A stretch of 32,518 nucleotides of DNA from Chloroflexota bacterium. Its GTDB lineage: Bacteria; Chloroflexota; Limnocylindria; P2-11E. Position 1 is the first letter of the stretch. Each line of letters starts with the position of its first letter. This document shows positions 1 to 8,249 of this stretch, one piece after another. The notes under the pieces are model-generated. The model worked only from the letters and a program-made list of their open reading frames with translations. It had not been told where the DNA came from and searched no databases. The position numbers were made by a program, and so were the translations under genes. The DNA is taken from NCBI GenBank assembly GCA_046727665.1, contig JBKPCZ010000027.1:1-32518 (forward strand), in the 5' to 3' direction.

Positions 1-309
1 GCCCGCGAGCAGGACGACCCACACGGACTCGCGCCGGCCGGCCAGGACGAGGCTGACCAGAACGCTTCCGCGCACGTCGGACCCGAACGGGAACACGGTG
101 CCCGGCTCGTACGGGCGCGGATCGCTGCCGTGTTCGACGACGAAGTAGATCGGCTCGTACGGCGCGAGCCGTTCGCCAAACAAAGCGACAAAGACGAGCG
201 CGAGTAACGCCACGACCGCGACAACGAGCGACGCGTCCGGCATCGCACGCCGGTGCGGCCGCATCGGACCAGCGATGCTCCCAAGGATCACCGCCGAGTG
301 ATCGCGCAT
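1..309 (-). CDS. ABC transporter permease, OppC/DppC-like, N-terminal fragment (gene runs off the left edge)
   Basis: Not in the ORF track because it is open at the window edge. Hand translation from ATG 309..307 gives MRDHSAVILGSIAGPMRPHRRAMPDASLVVAVVALLALVFVALFGERLAPYEPIYFVVEHGSDPRPYEPGTVFPFGSDVRGSVLVSLVLAGRRESVWVVLLAG. It shows an N-terminal TM helix, then APYEP and FG(S/T)D..G....R.S, as in peptide/nickel ABC permease N-termini. AGGA lies 5 nt upstream of the ATG. Confidence 0.5.
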   Translation of the reverse strand, partial: MRDHSAVILGSIAGPMRPHRRAMPDASLVVAVVALLALVFVALFGERLAPYEPIYFVVEHGSDPRPYEPGTVFPFGSDVRGSVLVSLVLAGRRESVWVVLLAG

Positions 310-480
310 TCGGGTCCTATTGTTGGCGGCCCGCAAGCGCACCGCCATAGTTACCGCACGTGAGCGATCGGCTGCCGGATCGATGCACGCTGGCCGAGGC
401 GGATCGCCCGCAGGTGATGGGTGGTGGGCGCTACTGCCTCGCCACCGAGCTCGGAGAGGTGCGTTAGGCCCGAGGGCGTC

Positions 481-2349
481 TCACCAGCTGCCGCCGCCCC
501 CACCGCCGCCACCGCCGCCCGATCCGCCGCCGCTGAAACCGCTGCCACCGCTGCCGCCCGGCGTCGAGGCGATCGTGGACGACACCTGGTTCGAGAACGA
601 GCTGAGGTTGTTCGAGAGATCGTTCGCGGAGAAGGCGCCGAGCGAGCTCCCGGTGTACCAGCTCGACGTGGCCCGCGCGGCGTCGATGTCGGAGAAGGCG
701 CGAGCCCACTTTTCGACGCAGCCGAACACGATCGCGTACGGCAGATACTCGGAGAAGATGTTCTCGCGCTCCGCGAAGCGCTGGCGTTCAGTCTCGGCGA
801 TCTCCATGTAGTGCCGGAAGCCGAGGGTGCGGCGGTGCAGCTCGGATCCCTCTCGCGTCTTGCGCGGCATCCGCGGCGCCACGCCTATGAGCGCGAGCGC
901 GGGCACCACCGCACCGAGCCCAACGAGACCCGCACCGAGCGACGCGCCGAGCCAGAAGACCAGGAAGCCGGCCACCACGACCGCGCCGATGCCCAGCGCC
1001 GCGTAGATCTGACGGACGCGCTGCGGATCGGCGGCGAACCAACGCCGCGCGACCGAATCGGCGTACAGCTCGCGCTGCGCCTTCGCGAGGGTGGTGTAGA
1101 ACAGCTGCTTCAGCGCGGAGAGCTTCACCACGTCGGTGGGCTCGGCCTCTGCTGCGGTCTGCGTCGCATCCGTGTCGATGGCTCGATTGGTGAGTCGCTG
1201 GACGAGCGCGACGACGCGCTCCTCGGTGGCGCTCAGCGGGCCCTCACCGAACAGTCCCTCGAAGATCGTCCGCTCGTACTGCTGCAGCGCTCCGGGAGCT
1301 TCCTTCGCCGGGACGCGCGTGAGGGTCCAGTCCTTCTTGCCGAAGAGCCCTTCCGCCGGAAGCTCGGTGATCGTCAGGTAGCCGCGCACCGCGAGATCGA
1401 CGATCGTCGCCGTCACGTCCTTGGTGTCGGCCTGTTCGTCGATCAGCAGCCCCGCCTGCGCGGGCCGCATCTTCTCCGGCGGCTCGTACTCCGGGACGAT
1501 CGTCTGGCGCTCTCGCTCGTCACGGCCGGCGGTCCACCAACGCCACCCGACCAGACCGAGTCCGCCGATCATCGCGACGAGAGCGCCGCCCACTGTCCAC
1601 GGCGTGAGCTCGAAGTACTCGTCGATCCCGCGCTCGCGCCGCTGCAATATCGGCGGCGGGACGGCGACGGCCCCTTTGCGCAGCGCGGTCACGATCGTCA
1701 GCTGCTCACCCACGGGGAGAGCGGTCGTTGCGCTGAACGACGCGCGCTGCGGAGAGAAGGAGCTCTGGCAGGCCTTATGCGAGCCGAGCGGGCCTTCGAA
1801 GCACGCGACCGACGTGAACGCGTCGAATGCCGTGCGCACCGTCGCGGTCACCGCGCGCATCGGCACCGCCCAGTCGCCGCCGTTCACGTTCCAGTAGAGC
1901 TCGTCGTGATCGTCGAACGTGTTGAGCGCACCGAAGACCGTGTAGGTGATGCGGTACGACTGCTTTCCGGAGACGGTGCGGTCGGCGTCGCCGATCCGGA
2001 TGCGGACATTCGCGCCTTCTTCGCTCGTCTCGTACGTCAGGCCCTTGCCGCTCGCGTCGCGCACCGAGCGCACGTCGATGCGATACACGCGGATCATCTT
2101 CGGATCCTGATCCCACGCGTAACGGAACGGGATCTCCCGGAAGATGCCGTGCCGATCGCCGAGCCGCTGGAAGTCGACATCGATCGCTTCCGTGACGAGA
2201 AGGCTGCCGTCGCGCTGCACCTCGATGTCCGAGGCGAAGCGATCGATGACCCAGCCCTCGTCGGCGGCCGCGGGCGCGGTGAAGGCGAGCAGCAGGGCGA
2301 CGACCGCGAGCAGCGCGCGTGCGGCGAGGCGGCGGGCGCCCGCGCTCAT
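481..2349 (-). CDS. DUF2207 family membrane protein
   Basis: ORF 481..2844 trimmed to ATG at 2349. The N-terminus MSAGARRLAARALLAVVALLLAFTAPAAADEGW is signal-peptide like. An extracytoplasmic domain follows, then TM helices (WWTAGRDERE...; AALGIGAVVVAGFLVFWLGASLGAGLVGLGAVVPALALIGV) and a Gly-rich tail ...GGSGGSGFSGGGSGGGGGGGGGGSW typical of DUF2207. The start overlaps the mgtE stop as ATGA (2346..2349). Confidence 0.75.
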   Translation of the reverse strand: MSAGARRLAARALLAVVALLLAFTAPAAADEGWVIDRFASDIEVQRDGSLLVTEAIDVDFQRLGDRHGIFREIPFRYAWDQDPKMIRVYRIDVRSVRDASGKGLTYETSEEGANVRIRIGDADRTVSGKQSYRITYTVFGALNTFDDHDELYWNVNGGDWAVPMRAVTATVRTAFDAFTSVACFEGPLGSHKACQSSFSPQRASFSATTALPVGEQLTIVTALRKGAVAVPPPILQRRERGIDEYFELTPWTVGGALVAMIGGLGLVGWRWWTAGRDERERQTIVPEYEPPEKMRPAQAGLLIDEQADTKDVTATIVDLAVRGYLTITELPAEGLFGKKDWTLTRVPAKEAPGALQQYERTIFEGLFGEGPLSATEERVVALVQRLTNRAIDTDATQTAAEAEPTDVVKLSALKQLFYTTLAKAQRELYADSVARRWFAADPQRVRQIYAALGIGAVVVAGFLVFWLGASLGAGLVGLGAVVPALALIGVAPRMPRKTREGSELHRRTLGFRHYMEIAETERQRFAERENIFSEYLPYAIVFGCVEKWARAFSDIDAARATSSWYTGSSLGAFSANDLSNNLSSFSNQVSSTIASTPGGSGGSGFSGGGSGGGGGGGGGGSW

Positions 2350-3746
2350 TCCAGAAGGCTGGCGAAGACCGTCGCGAGGCCGAGGAAGGTCATGAAGCCG
2401 GAGATGTCCGTGATCGTCGTGAGGACGATCGAGGACGACTGCGCCGGATCCTGGCCGACGGCTTTCAGCAGCAGCGGGACGGCCGCACCCGACATCCCGG
2501 CGATGCTCATCGAGATCACCATCGCCGAGCCGATCACCGCCGCGAGTCCCGCGCTCCCGCTCCAGATGTAGACGGCGACCGCGGTCACCGCGGCGCACGC
2601 GAGGCCATTGATGATCCCGGTACCGGCCTCCTTCCAGATGAGTCGCGGCCAGTGCGTCGGCCGGATCTCGCGCAAGGCCAGGCCTCGCATCGTGACGGCG
2701 AGCGCCTGCATCCCGCTGTTGCCCGACTGGCCCGCGACGACCGGCATGAGCACTGCGAGCGCGGTGAAGCGCGCGATCGTCCCCTCGAACAGGCCGACGA
2801 CGAAGGCGGCGGCGAACGCCGTTGCGAGGTTGATCTCGAGCCACGGCAGGCGCTGCCGCACCGCGAAGCGGACCCGCGAGAGCGCGCGCTCCTCCCTGCC
2901 GACGCCGACCATCGTCTGCATGCTCGCGGTCGCCTCCGCCTCGGCCGCCGCGACGAGCGCGCGGTAGCGGATCACGCCGACGAGCTTGGAATCCGCATCG
3001 ACGACCGGCAGCGTGGCGACGCGGCGCTCGTCGAGCGCCTTCACCACCTCCTCGCGCGTCGCGTTGACGAACACGGAGATCGGCTCGCCGCGGATGAGGT
3101 CCCGCAGCGGGACATTGGGCTCCGCGGTCGCGATCTCCCCCAGCGGCACGGCACCGGCGAGGCGACCCTCGCGGTCCATCAGATAAATGGAGCCGAGCTC
3201 CTTCTCCTTGAACGTGCGCATCTTGCGCAGCGCCTCCTCGACCGTCGTGTCCGGGCCGAAGGCGCTGATGCGCGGATCCATGAGCGCGCCGGCCGACTCC
3301 GCGGGGTACAGGAGCATCTCGCGGATCTGCTCTGCGACGCGCGGGTCGAGGCGCGCGAGCTGCGCCTCGCGGCCCGCCGGATCGAGCCCGCCGATGATCG
3401 GGGCCGCGCGCGCGGGATTCGTGACGGCGAGGATCGCGCGCACGAGGACGTCGTCGAGCAGCGCGAGGACGTCCGCGGCGACGCGGGGATTGAGGCGTTC
3501 GAGGATCTGTGCCGCGGCGACCGGCGTCGGCGCCCGCGCGAGCAGCAGCGCGATGTCCTCCGGGGGACGCTCGTTGAGGAACGCAGCGACCTCCTCCGGG
3601 TGGTGCCGCAGGTACTCGCTGTTGAGCGCGCGAAGGGTCTCGACCTCGAGATCGGCGAGCGTGAGCACGCGCGCCGCGACGCGCTGGATCGTGTCGGTCG
3701 CTTCAGCCACGCGGACAGTATCGCCGAACGATCGAGCGCTCGGCAC
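2346..3746 (-). CDS. mgtE: Magnesium transporter MgtE
   Basis: 466 aa. It has an N-terminal MgtE_N-like region and a CBS-pair region (PVVDADSKLVGVIRY). The C-terminal channel domain carries VVAGQSGNSGMQALAVTMRGLALRE and TTITDISGFMTFLGLA motifs. GTG start at 3746, 4 nt after the upstream stop. Confidence 0.9.
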   Translation of the reverse strand: MPSARSFGDTVRVAEATDTIQRVAARVLTLADLEVETLRALNSEYLRHHPEEVAAFLNERPPEDIALLLARAPTPVAAAQILERLNPRVAADVLALLDDVLVRAILAVTNPARAAPIIGGLDPAGREAQLARLDPRVAEQIREMLLYPAESAGALMDPRISAFGPDTTVEEALRKMRTFKEKELGSIYLMDREGRLAGAVPLGEIATAEPNVPLRDLIRGEPISVFVNATREEVVKALDERRVATLPVVDADSKLVGVIRYRALVAAAEAEATASMQTMVGVGREERALSRVRFAVRQRLPWLEINLATAFAAAFVVGLFEGTIARFTALAVLMPVVAGQSGNSGMQALAVTMRGLALREIRPTHWPRLIWKEAGTGIINGLACAAVTAVAVYIWSGSAGLAAVIGSAMVISMSIAGMSGAAVPLLLKAVGQDPAQSSSIVLTTITDISGFMTFLGLATVFASLLE

Positions 3747-3750
3747 GAAA

Positions 3751-4608
3751 TCAATCGCTGCGCTTGACCTCGATCTTGCCCTCGGAGCGTCGGACGTCGT
3801 ACCGCGGTTGCGGGTAGACCGCCGGGCCGCGGTTCACGCTGCCGTCGGAGAGCTCGAAGCGCGAGCCGTGGCACTTGCACTCGATGCGTCGTCCGTCGTC
3901 GACGAGCTTGCCCTCGGACAGCGAGCATCCCTGATGCGCGCAGGTGTCGTGCAGCGCGAAGATCGTCTCGCCTCGGCGCACGACGACGAGGGTCTGCGTG
4001 CCCGCCTTGGCCTTCGTCAGCTTGTCCTCTGGCACGCTGTCAACGTCGAGCGCCTGCCACCTCGTGCCCCCACCCCGCCACGCATGGCGGTCGACCTGCG
4101 CGCCGAGGTTGAAGACCAGCTCGCCACCCAGATACGCACCGGCGAGGACTAGAAGGAGCCCGAGGCCGGCCGTCCACTCAGCACCCCCCGCGAACAGCGG
4201 CCACCAGCCGAGACGGCCGCCGAGGGAAACGAGATAGAGCACCGCGGCGAGGAGCATCGAGGTCGAGTGGATGCTGCCGGTGCGCTTCGAGGTGCCGCTC
4301 AGATCGATGTAGTCCGCGTAGCCGGCGAGCGCCGACGCGAGCAAACCGAGGAACCCCACCGCGATCGCCCAGGTCGCGGCCACCGGCTGCGCCGCGAGAT
4401 CGAGGACCGTGCCGATGATGAACGCGCCGACCGGGATGTCCGTCAGCGCGGGATGGAGCGGATGACCGAGCCACGTGCCGTGCAGGAGATCGCGCAGCCC
4501 CGGGAAGGGTCCGTAGATCGCGCGGAAGAGGCGCTGGAGGAGATCGCCGAACGGGTCGGCCCACACGGCCTGCGCACGGAGCAGCGGCTCGAGCCAGCGG
4601 CGGAACAT
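3751..4608 (-). CDS. Membrane-anchored Rieske [2Fe-2S] protein (DUF2231 N-terminal domain fused to Rieske domain)
   Basis: 285 aa. The N-terminus carries HGTWLGHPLHPALTDIPVGAFI (DUF2231-type) plus further TM helices. The C-terminal Rieske ligand boxes are CAHQGC and CKCHGSRF. ATG start at 4608. Confidence 0.8.
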   Translation of the reverse strand: MFRRWLEPLLRAQAVWADPFGDLLQRLFRAIYGPFPGLRDLLHGTWLGHPLHPALTDIPVGAFIIGTVLDLAAQPVAATWAIAVGFLGLLASALAGYADYIDLSGTSKRTGSIHSTSMLLAAVLYLVSLGGRLGWWPLFAGGAEWTAGLGLLLVLAGAYLGGELVFNLGAQVDRHAWRGGGTRWQALDVDSVPEDKLTKAKAGTQTLVVVRRGETIFALHDTCAHQGCSLSEGKLVDDGRRIECKCHGSRFELSDGSVNRGPAVYPQPRYDVRRSEGKIEVKRSD

Positions 4609-4683
4609 GCGGCGGGATTCTGCACGATGCGCACCAGCGGCGCTTGCCTGTCCGAGGCACGAGCCGCGTGTCGAGCGCGGTCG

Positions 4684-5616
4684 TCAGCGGATCGTGATCG
4701 AGCTCGCACCCGCGGTCACGCGCACGATGACGCGCGCGTTCGCGGTGTTGTACCCCGGCGTCTCGGCGGTGTTGCCGCTCACCGTGACGCGTGTGTTGGA
4801 GCTACGGAGGGACAAGAACGCACCCTCGGTCGTCACGCGCGCATCGACGCCATCCGGTACTTCGATGACGATGTTCGAGGCGCCCGCGTTCACCTCGATG
4901 CTCACCTCCGGTGTCGACTTGGCCGTCGCCAGCGACGTCGTCAGGGTCGGCTTGGGCAGCGTGAGCGTGAGCGATGCCGCGCCGACGTTGAACTCGGCGC
5001 GGCTGATCATCACGTCCCTGAGGTCGATGACGAAGTCGCCGGCGCCGCCGTTCACCGAGAGGTCCGTCGGGACGTCGCTGGCGATCCGCGTGTCCACGTC
5101 GGTCGTCGCGTTCCCCATGCGACGGTTCCCACTCTGCTCGATGCGCACGTCGGCGTGCGCACCGGCCTTGTCGAAGTCGGCCCGGCGCAAACGCAGATCG
5201 TCGTTACCGCTGTGGGCCTCGACGAGCACGGTGCTGCCACCGCCAACACGGAAACGGCCGGCACCGCCATTGATCTCGAGCGAGAGCGACGTCGCGCTTT
5301 GCCGGGCGACGGATACATCGCGCTCGCCGACGAAAGCACGGTCGGCGATCCAGAACGGTGCTGTGCCGAAGACGCTCGGCTGCGTCGCCACGAGCGCGAG
5401 ACCGAGCGCGATGACCGCGACGTCGATGCCGAGCGCCGCGAGCGGCCACCGCCGGCCGATCGCGATGTCGACGCCGACGAGGATGAGGAGCAGTGGCCAC
5501 AAGTTGAGGAGCGACAGCGCCGTCACGCCGGGGATGAGGCCGAAGTTCACCAGCAGGAAGACCAGGCCGATCGTGATGAGCAGCAGCGGCCAGAAGAGCC
5601 CACGCTGGGTGGTCAC
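4684..5616 (-). CDS. LiaF-like / toastrack-domain membrane protein (cell-envelope stress associated)
   Basis: ORF 4684..5685. I prefer the in-frame GTG at 5616, which forms a GTGA overlap with the pspC stop. The N-terminal TM hairpin LFWPLLLITIGLVFLLVNFGL...LWPLLLILVG is LiaI/LiaF-like. The C-terminal beta-rich domain has reiterated (N/V)GGAG/GAS-x3-(V/I) strands: EINGGAGRFRV, SVNGGAGDFVIDL, NVGAASLTLTL, VNAGASNIVIEV, VTAGASSITIR. Confidence 0.6.
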   Translation of the reverse strand: MTTQRGLFWPLLLITIGLVFLLVNFGLIPGVTALSLLNLWPLLLILVGVDIAIGRRWPLAALGIDVAVIALGLALVATQPSVFGTAPFWIADRAFVGERDVSVARQSATSLSLEINGGAGRFRVGGGSTVLVEAHSGNDDLRLRRADFDKAGAHADVRIEQSGNRRMGNATTDVDTRIASDVPTDLSVNGGAGDFVIDLRDVMISRAEFNVGAASLTLTLPKPTLTTSLATAKSTPEVSIEVNAGASNIVIEVPDGVDARVTTEGAFLSLRSSNTRVTVSGNTAETPGYNTANARVIVRVTAGASSITIR

Positions 5617-6089
5617 CGACGGATCCGCTGCGCGAGCAGCAGCGCGCCGATCGCGTTGCAGTCCAGCGGCCACGCCAGATCCCACCGGACGATCCGGAAG
5701 AGACCGGCGTTGCTGAGCAGGAAGATCGCGCCGATCGCGATGAGGAAGATGCCCGCCGCGGCGCGGCGTCGTTCAGCGGCTTCGGGATCCGCCGGCGGCG
5801 CGACGACCGGAGTGGTCGTCGCCGTCGCCGTCGCATCGCCCGTCGCCCCGCCTTCGACGTCGGTGGTCGTGACACCAGCGGTCTTCACGAAGGGCGCGGC
5901 CTGTCCCGGCAGCGGCATGAGGACGATGAGGACGATGTACCCAAGGAGACCCAGACCACCGGTGATGATCGTTCCCACCACGAAGAAGACGCGCACGAGC
6001 GTCGGATCGACCTGAAGATATTCGGCGATGCCACCACACACACCGGCGACGACGCGATTCGTCGTGCTCCGTTCAAGACGCGTTGTCAT
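5613..6089 (-). CDS. PspC domain-containing membrane protein
   Basis: ORF 5613..6215 trimmed to ATG 6089, with GGAAGG about 10 nt upstream. MTTRLERSTTNRVVAGVCGGIAEYLQVDPTLVRVFFVVGTIITGGLGLLGYIVLIVLMP is a canonical PspC domain. The C-terminal TM hairpin IFLIAIGAIFLLSNAGL...WPL resembles the N-terminus of the downstream LiaF-like protein. Confidence 0.8.
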   Translation of the reverse strand: MTTRLERSTTNRVVAGVCGGIAEYLQVDPTLVRVFFVVGTIITGGLGLLGYIVLIVLMPLPGQAAPFVKTAGVTTTDVEGGATGDATATATTTPVVAPPADPEAAERRRAAAGIFLIAIGAIFLLSNAGLFRIVRWDLAWPLDCNAIGALLLAQRIRR

Positions 6090-6117
6090 GTCGCACCGTA
6101 CCTTCCATATGGGCTCG

Positions 6118-6510
6118 TCAGCCGGCGACCGTGATGCGGCGTTCGCGCAGCTCGTGCGCCGTCGCGATGGCGAGCGCCGCGATGAGGCTGAGCGGCACCA
6201 CCGGCTGCTGCGCAACGTCGGCGATCGCGCTGGCCGGGATCGCGAAGATCACCAGAGCGCCGAGCGCCGCATCGAACGCGTCCGCGGCCAGCCCTGGCAG
6301 GACGACCGCGAGCGTCGACCACGTCACGACGGCACCCGCGCCGGTCAGAGCGAGCGCCACGAGCGCGCTCAGCATCGCCAGGCGAGGCCGCTGCCGCGCC
6401 GCGGCCGCGATCGCCGCCGGGTCGAAGGCCGGTGCGTGCTCGTCCGGCTCGAGACGCAGCGCGCGCCGAAGGATCGTCTCGTCCAGAAGCTCGCCGCGCG
6501 GATCGTTCAC
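6118..6510 (-). CDS. Putative membrane anti-sigma factor (hypothetical membrane protein coupled to ECF sigma)
   Basis: 130 aa. The GTG start forms a GTGA overlap with the sigma-factor stop (6507..6510). A soluble N-terminal segment is followed by 2-3 hydrophobic helices. There is no HxxxCxxC zinc motif. The assignment rests on position only. Confidence 0.45.
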   Translation of the reverse strand: MNDPRGELLDETILRRALRLEPDEHAPAFDPAAIAAAARQRPRLAMLSALVALALTGAGAVVTWSTLAVVLPGLAADAFDAALGALVIFAIPASAIADVAQQPVVPLSLIAALAIATAHELRERRITVAG

Positions 6511-7097
6511 GGCCGGACCTCCAGCGTCGCACGCAGCATGGTGCGGGCGCGCAGCAGCTGCACCCCGACCGTCGCGGCCGGACGCCCGGTCACGGCGGCG
6601 ATCTCTTCGAGGGACAGCTCGCTGAAATAGCGCAGGACGACCGGGACCCGATAGAGCTCGGGGAGGCTGGCGACTGCCGTGCGCACGCGTTCCCGCTCCT
6701 CACGTGACTCGAGCAGCTGGTCCGGTGTCTTCGCCGCATCGGCCACGCCGGCCGCGTCGTCGACGGACGTCGTGCGGGACCGTTCGCGGCTGCGCGTGCG
6801 GCCGACGCTGATCGCCTCGTTGGCGGCGATGCGCAGCAACCAGTGCCTGACGGGGCGCGCCTGGTCATAGCGGTCCCAGCTGCGATACGCCTTGAGGAAG
6901 GCCGAGCTCGCCGCGTCGCGCGCGGCATCCGCGTCGCCGAGGATCCGGAGGGCTACGCCGTAGATCTCGTCCTGGTGCTCGCGGACCGCGTCCTCGAAGG
7001 TCACGCGCCTGGCGCGGGCGAATGCTGCCGGAAAGAGCGCAGCCAGGCTCGCATGGGTGGTCATTCTCCGTCCATACGCCCTGGCCGCGGCCTTCAT
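6507..7097 (-). CDS. ECF-type RNA polymerase sigma-70 family factor
   Basis: 196 aa. Region 2: DEIYGVALRILGDADAARDAASSAFLKAYRSWDRYD...RHWLLRIAANEAIS. Region 4: LPELYRVPVVLRYFSELSLEEIAAVTGRPAATVGVQLLRARTMLR. ATG 7097 overlaps the yggU stop as ATGA. An alternative ATG lies at 7064. Confidence 0.85.
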   Translation of the reverse strand: MKAAARAYGRRMTTHASLAALFPAAFARARRVTFEDAVREHQDEIYGVALRILGDADAARDAASSAFLKAYRSWDRYDQARPVRHWLLRIAANEAISVGRTRSRERSRTTSVDDAAGVADAAKTPDQLLESREERERVRTAVASLPELYRVPVVLRYFSELSLEEIAAVTGRPAATVGVQLLRARTMLRATLEVRP

Positions 7098-7378
7098 TTC
7101 GTCAGGCGCCGGAGGCCGGCCTCGGCTTCCTGCGGCACGCTGACGTGCTTGGTTCGAGCCGCCGCGCCACGCTCGAGCCGGACCGCGGTGCGCGGCAAGT
7201 CGAGCGCCTTCGCCAGGAGGGCCACCGCCGCGGTATTCGCCTTGCCCTCCAGCGGTGGCGCCGTCACGCGGACGAGCAGGACGCCTTCGCGTTCGCCCGC
7301 GATCTCATTCGCGGAAGCGCGCGGCGTGACGCGGATGCTGAAGAAGACGCGTTCGCCGTCGCGGCGGACAGCGAGCAT
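7094..7378 (-). CDS. yggU: DUF167 (YggU) family protein
   Basis: ORF 7094..7675 trimmed to ATG 7378. MLAVRRDGERVFFSIRVTPRASANEIAGEREGVLLVRVTAPPLEGKANTAAVALLAKALDLPRTAVRLERGAAARTKHV matches the DUF167 pattern (V.P.A....i.G.....l.v.v.ApP.eGkAN). It has a 1-nt TGATG overlap with the yggT stop. Confidence 0.8.
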   Translation of the reverse strand: MLAVRRDGERVFFSIRVTPRASANEIAGEREGVLLVRVTAPPLEGKANTAAVALLAKALDLPRTAVRLERGAAARTKHVSVPQEAEAGLRRLTK

Positions 7379-7677
7379 CAGAACGGAGCGTTTGGGATCG
7401 CGGGCGGCAGGACACGCAGCAACAGGCTCGCGACGATCTGGATGAGCAGGAACGCGATGAGCGGCGAAAAGTCCATGCCGCCCGCGATCGGTAGGTAGCG
7501 ACGGATCGGCGCGAGGACCGGCTCGGTCACGTTCCACACGAGCTCGTTCAAGCCGAACGGCAGACGCATCGGGACCCACGACATGATCACCCGCACGAAG
7601 ATCGCGAGCACGAGCGCCTGCGCGATCACGTTGATGAACGCCTCGAGGAACACGAGAAGGAAGCACGTGGCGCACAT
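7378..7677 (-). CDS. yggT: YggT family membrane protein
   Basis: 99 aa. The YggT signature is ...ILAIFVRVIMSWVPMRLPFGLNELVWNVTEPVLAPIRRYLPIAGGMDFSPLIAFLLIQIV. ATG 7677 shares one nt with the dcd stop (TGATG). Confidence 0.85.
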   Translation of the reverse strand: MCATCFLLVFLEAFINVIAQALVLAIFVRVIMSWVPMRLPFGLNELVWNVTEPVLAPIRRYLPIAGGMDFSPLIAFLLIQIVASLLLRVLPPAIPNAPF

Positions 7678-8249
7678 CAGCGTTTCCCCGGCACGTCGAG
7701 CCGATAGCGAGACGGCGTCGGCCCGGTCTGCCCCTGATAGCTGGAACCGAGCTCGGGCGATCCGTAGGGACGCTCCGCGGGACTGCTGAGCGGGAAGAAC
7801 GACAGCTGCCCCACGCGCATCCCGGGATAGAGCGTGATGGGGATCGTATTCACGTTCGATAGCTCGAGCGTGATGTGACCGTCCCAGGCGGGATCGATGA
7901 ACCCCGCCGTGCTGTGGATGAGAAGGCCGAGCCGTCCCAGACTACTTTTGCCCTCCACGCGGGAGACGAGGTCATCCGCGAGCCGGATCCGCTCCCGAGT
8001 CGAGCCGAGCACGAACTCACCGGGATGAAGGATGAAGCGATCGCCGTCCTTCACCTCGACGAGCTCGGTGATGTCGTCCAGCGGACCGGCGAGATCGATG
8101 TACGCATGGCGGCTGGAGCGGAAGCTCCGAAAGAGACGATCGAGCCGGATGTCGACGCTTGCCGGCTGCACGCACGACGGATCGAATGGATCGATCCCGA
8201 TGCGCCCCGCCGCGATCGCGGCGCGGATGTCACGATCCGAGAGCACCAC
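7677..8249 (-). CDS. dcd: dCTP deaminase (actinobacterial-type, possibly bifunctional dCTP deaminase/dUTPase)
   Basis: ORF 7677..8417 trimmed to GTG 8249, giving (M)[22 protein letters not shown]..., the canonical Dcd N-terminus. Also present: [42 protein letters not shown], and the C-terminal [11 protein letters not shown]. My recollection is that it is close to the M. tuberculosis bifunctional enzyme. Confidence 0.9.
   Translation of the reverse strand: MVLSDRDIRAAIAAGRIGIDPFDPSCVQPASVDIRLDRLFRSFRSSRHAYIDLAGPLDDITELVEVKDGDRFILHPGEFVLGSTRERIRLADDLVSRVEGKSSLGRLGLLIHSTAGFIDPAWDGHITLELSNVNTIPITLYPGMRVGQLSFFPLSSPAERPYGSPELGSSYQGQTGPTPSRYRLDVPGKR

Noticed and set aside
310-480. 171-nt spacer upstream of the ABC permease, considered as a possible riboswitch or leader.
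   Set aside because: I see no conserved riboswitch core. There is only a weak bulged hairpin (ggtgggcg...cgccacc) with no U-tract, so nothing can be supported.
481-545. CCGCCGCC-type simple repeat, reading as poly-Pro in a plus-strand frame (ORF 320..811).
   Set aside because: It is the reverse complement of the Gly-rich C-terminal tail (GGSGGGGGGGGGGSW) of the DUF2207 protein. It is not a regulatory or CRISPR-like repeat.
421-2571. Very long plus-strand ORFs in the track: 421..2571 (716 aa), 2319..3767, 4267..6015, 12885..14138, 18135..19640, 22846..24516, 27091..28281 and similar.
   Set aside because: They lie antisense to genes with clear family signatures. Their translations are Arg/Ala/Gly/Asp/Glu-rich low-complexity strings with no motifs, which is typical shadow-ORF behaviour in roughly 70% GC DNA.
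2350-2844. N-terminal extensions of track ORFs: DUF2207 787 aa, murD 647 aa, murF 635 aa, rsmH 423 aa, HIT 469 aa, ftsW 553 aa, dcd 246 aa, yggU 193 aa, pspC 200 aa.
   Set aside because: The extensions overlap the upstream genes out of frame and are low-complexity. Internal starts reproduce canonical N-termini and give ATGA/GTGA/TGATG junctions.
3747-3750. Expected M-box (ykoK) riboswitch upstream of mgtE.
   Set aside because: Only 4 nt separate mgtE from the preceding gene, so there is no space for a leader.
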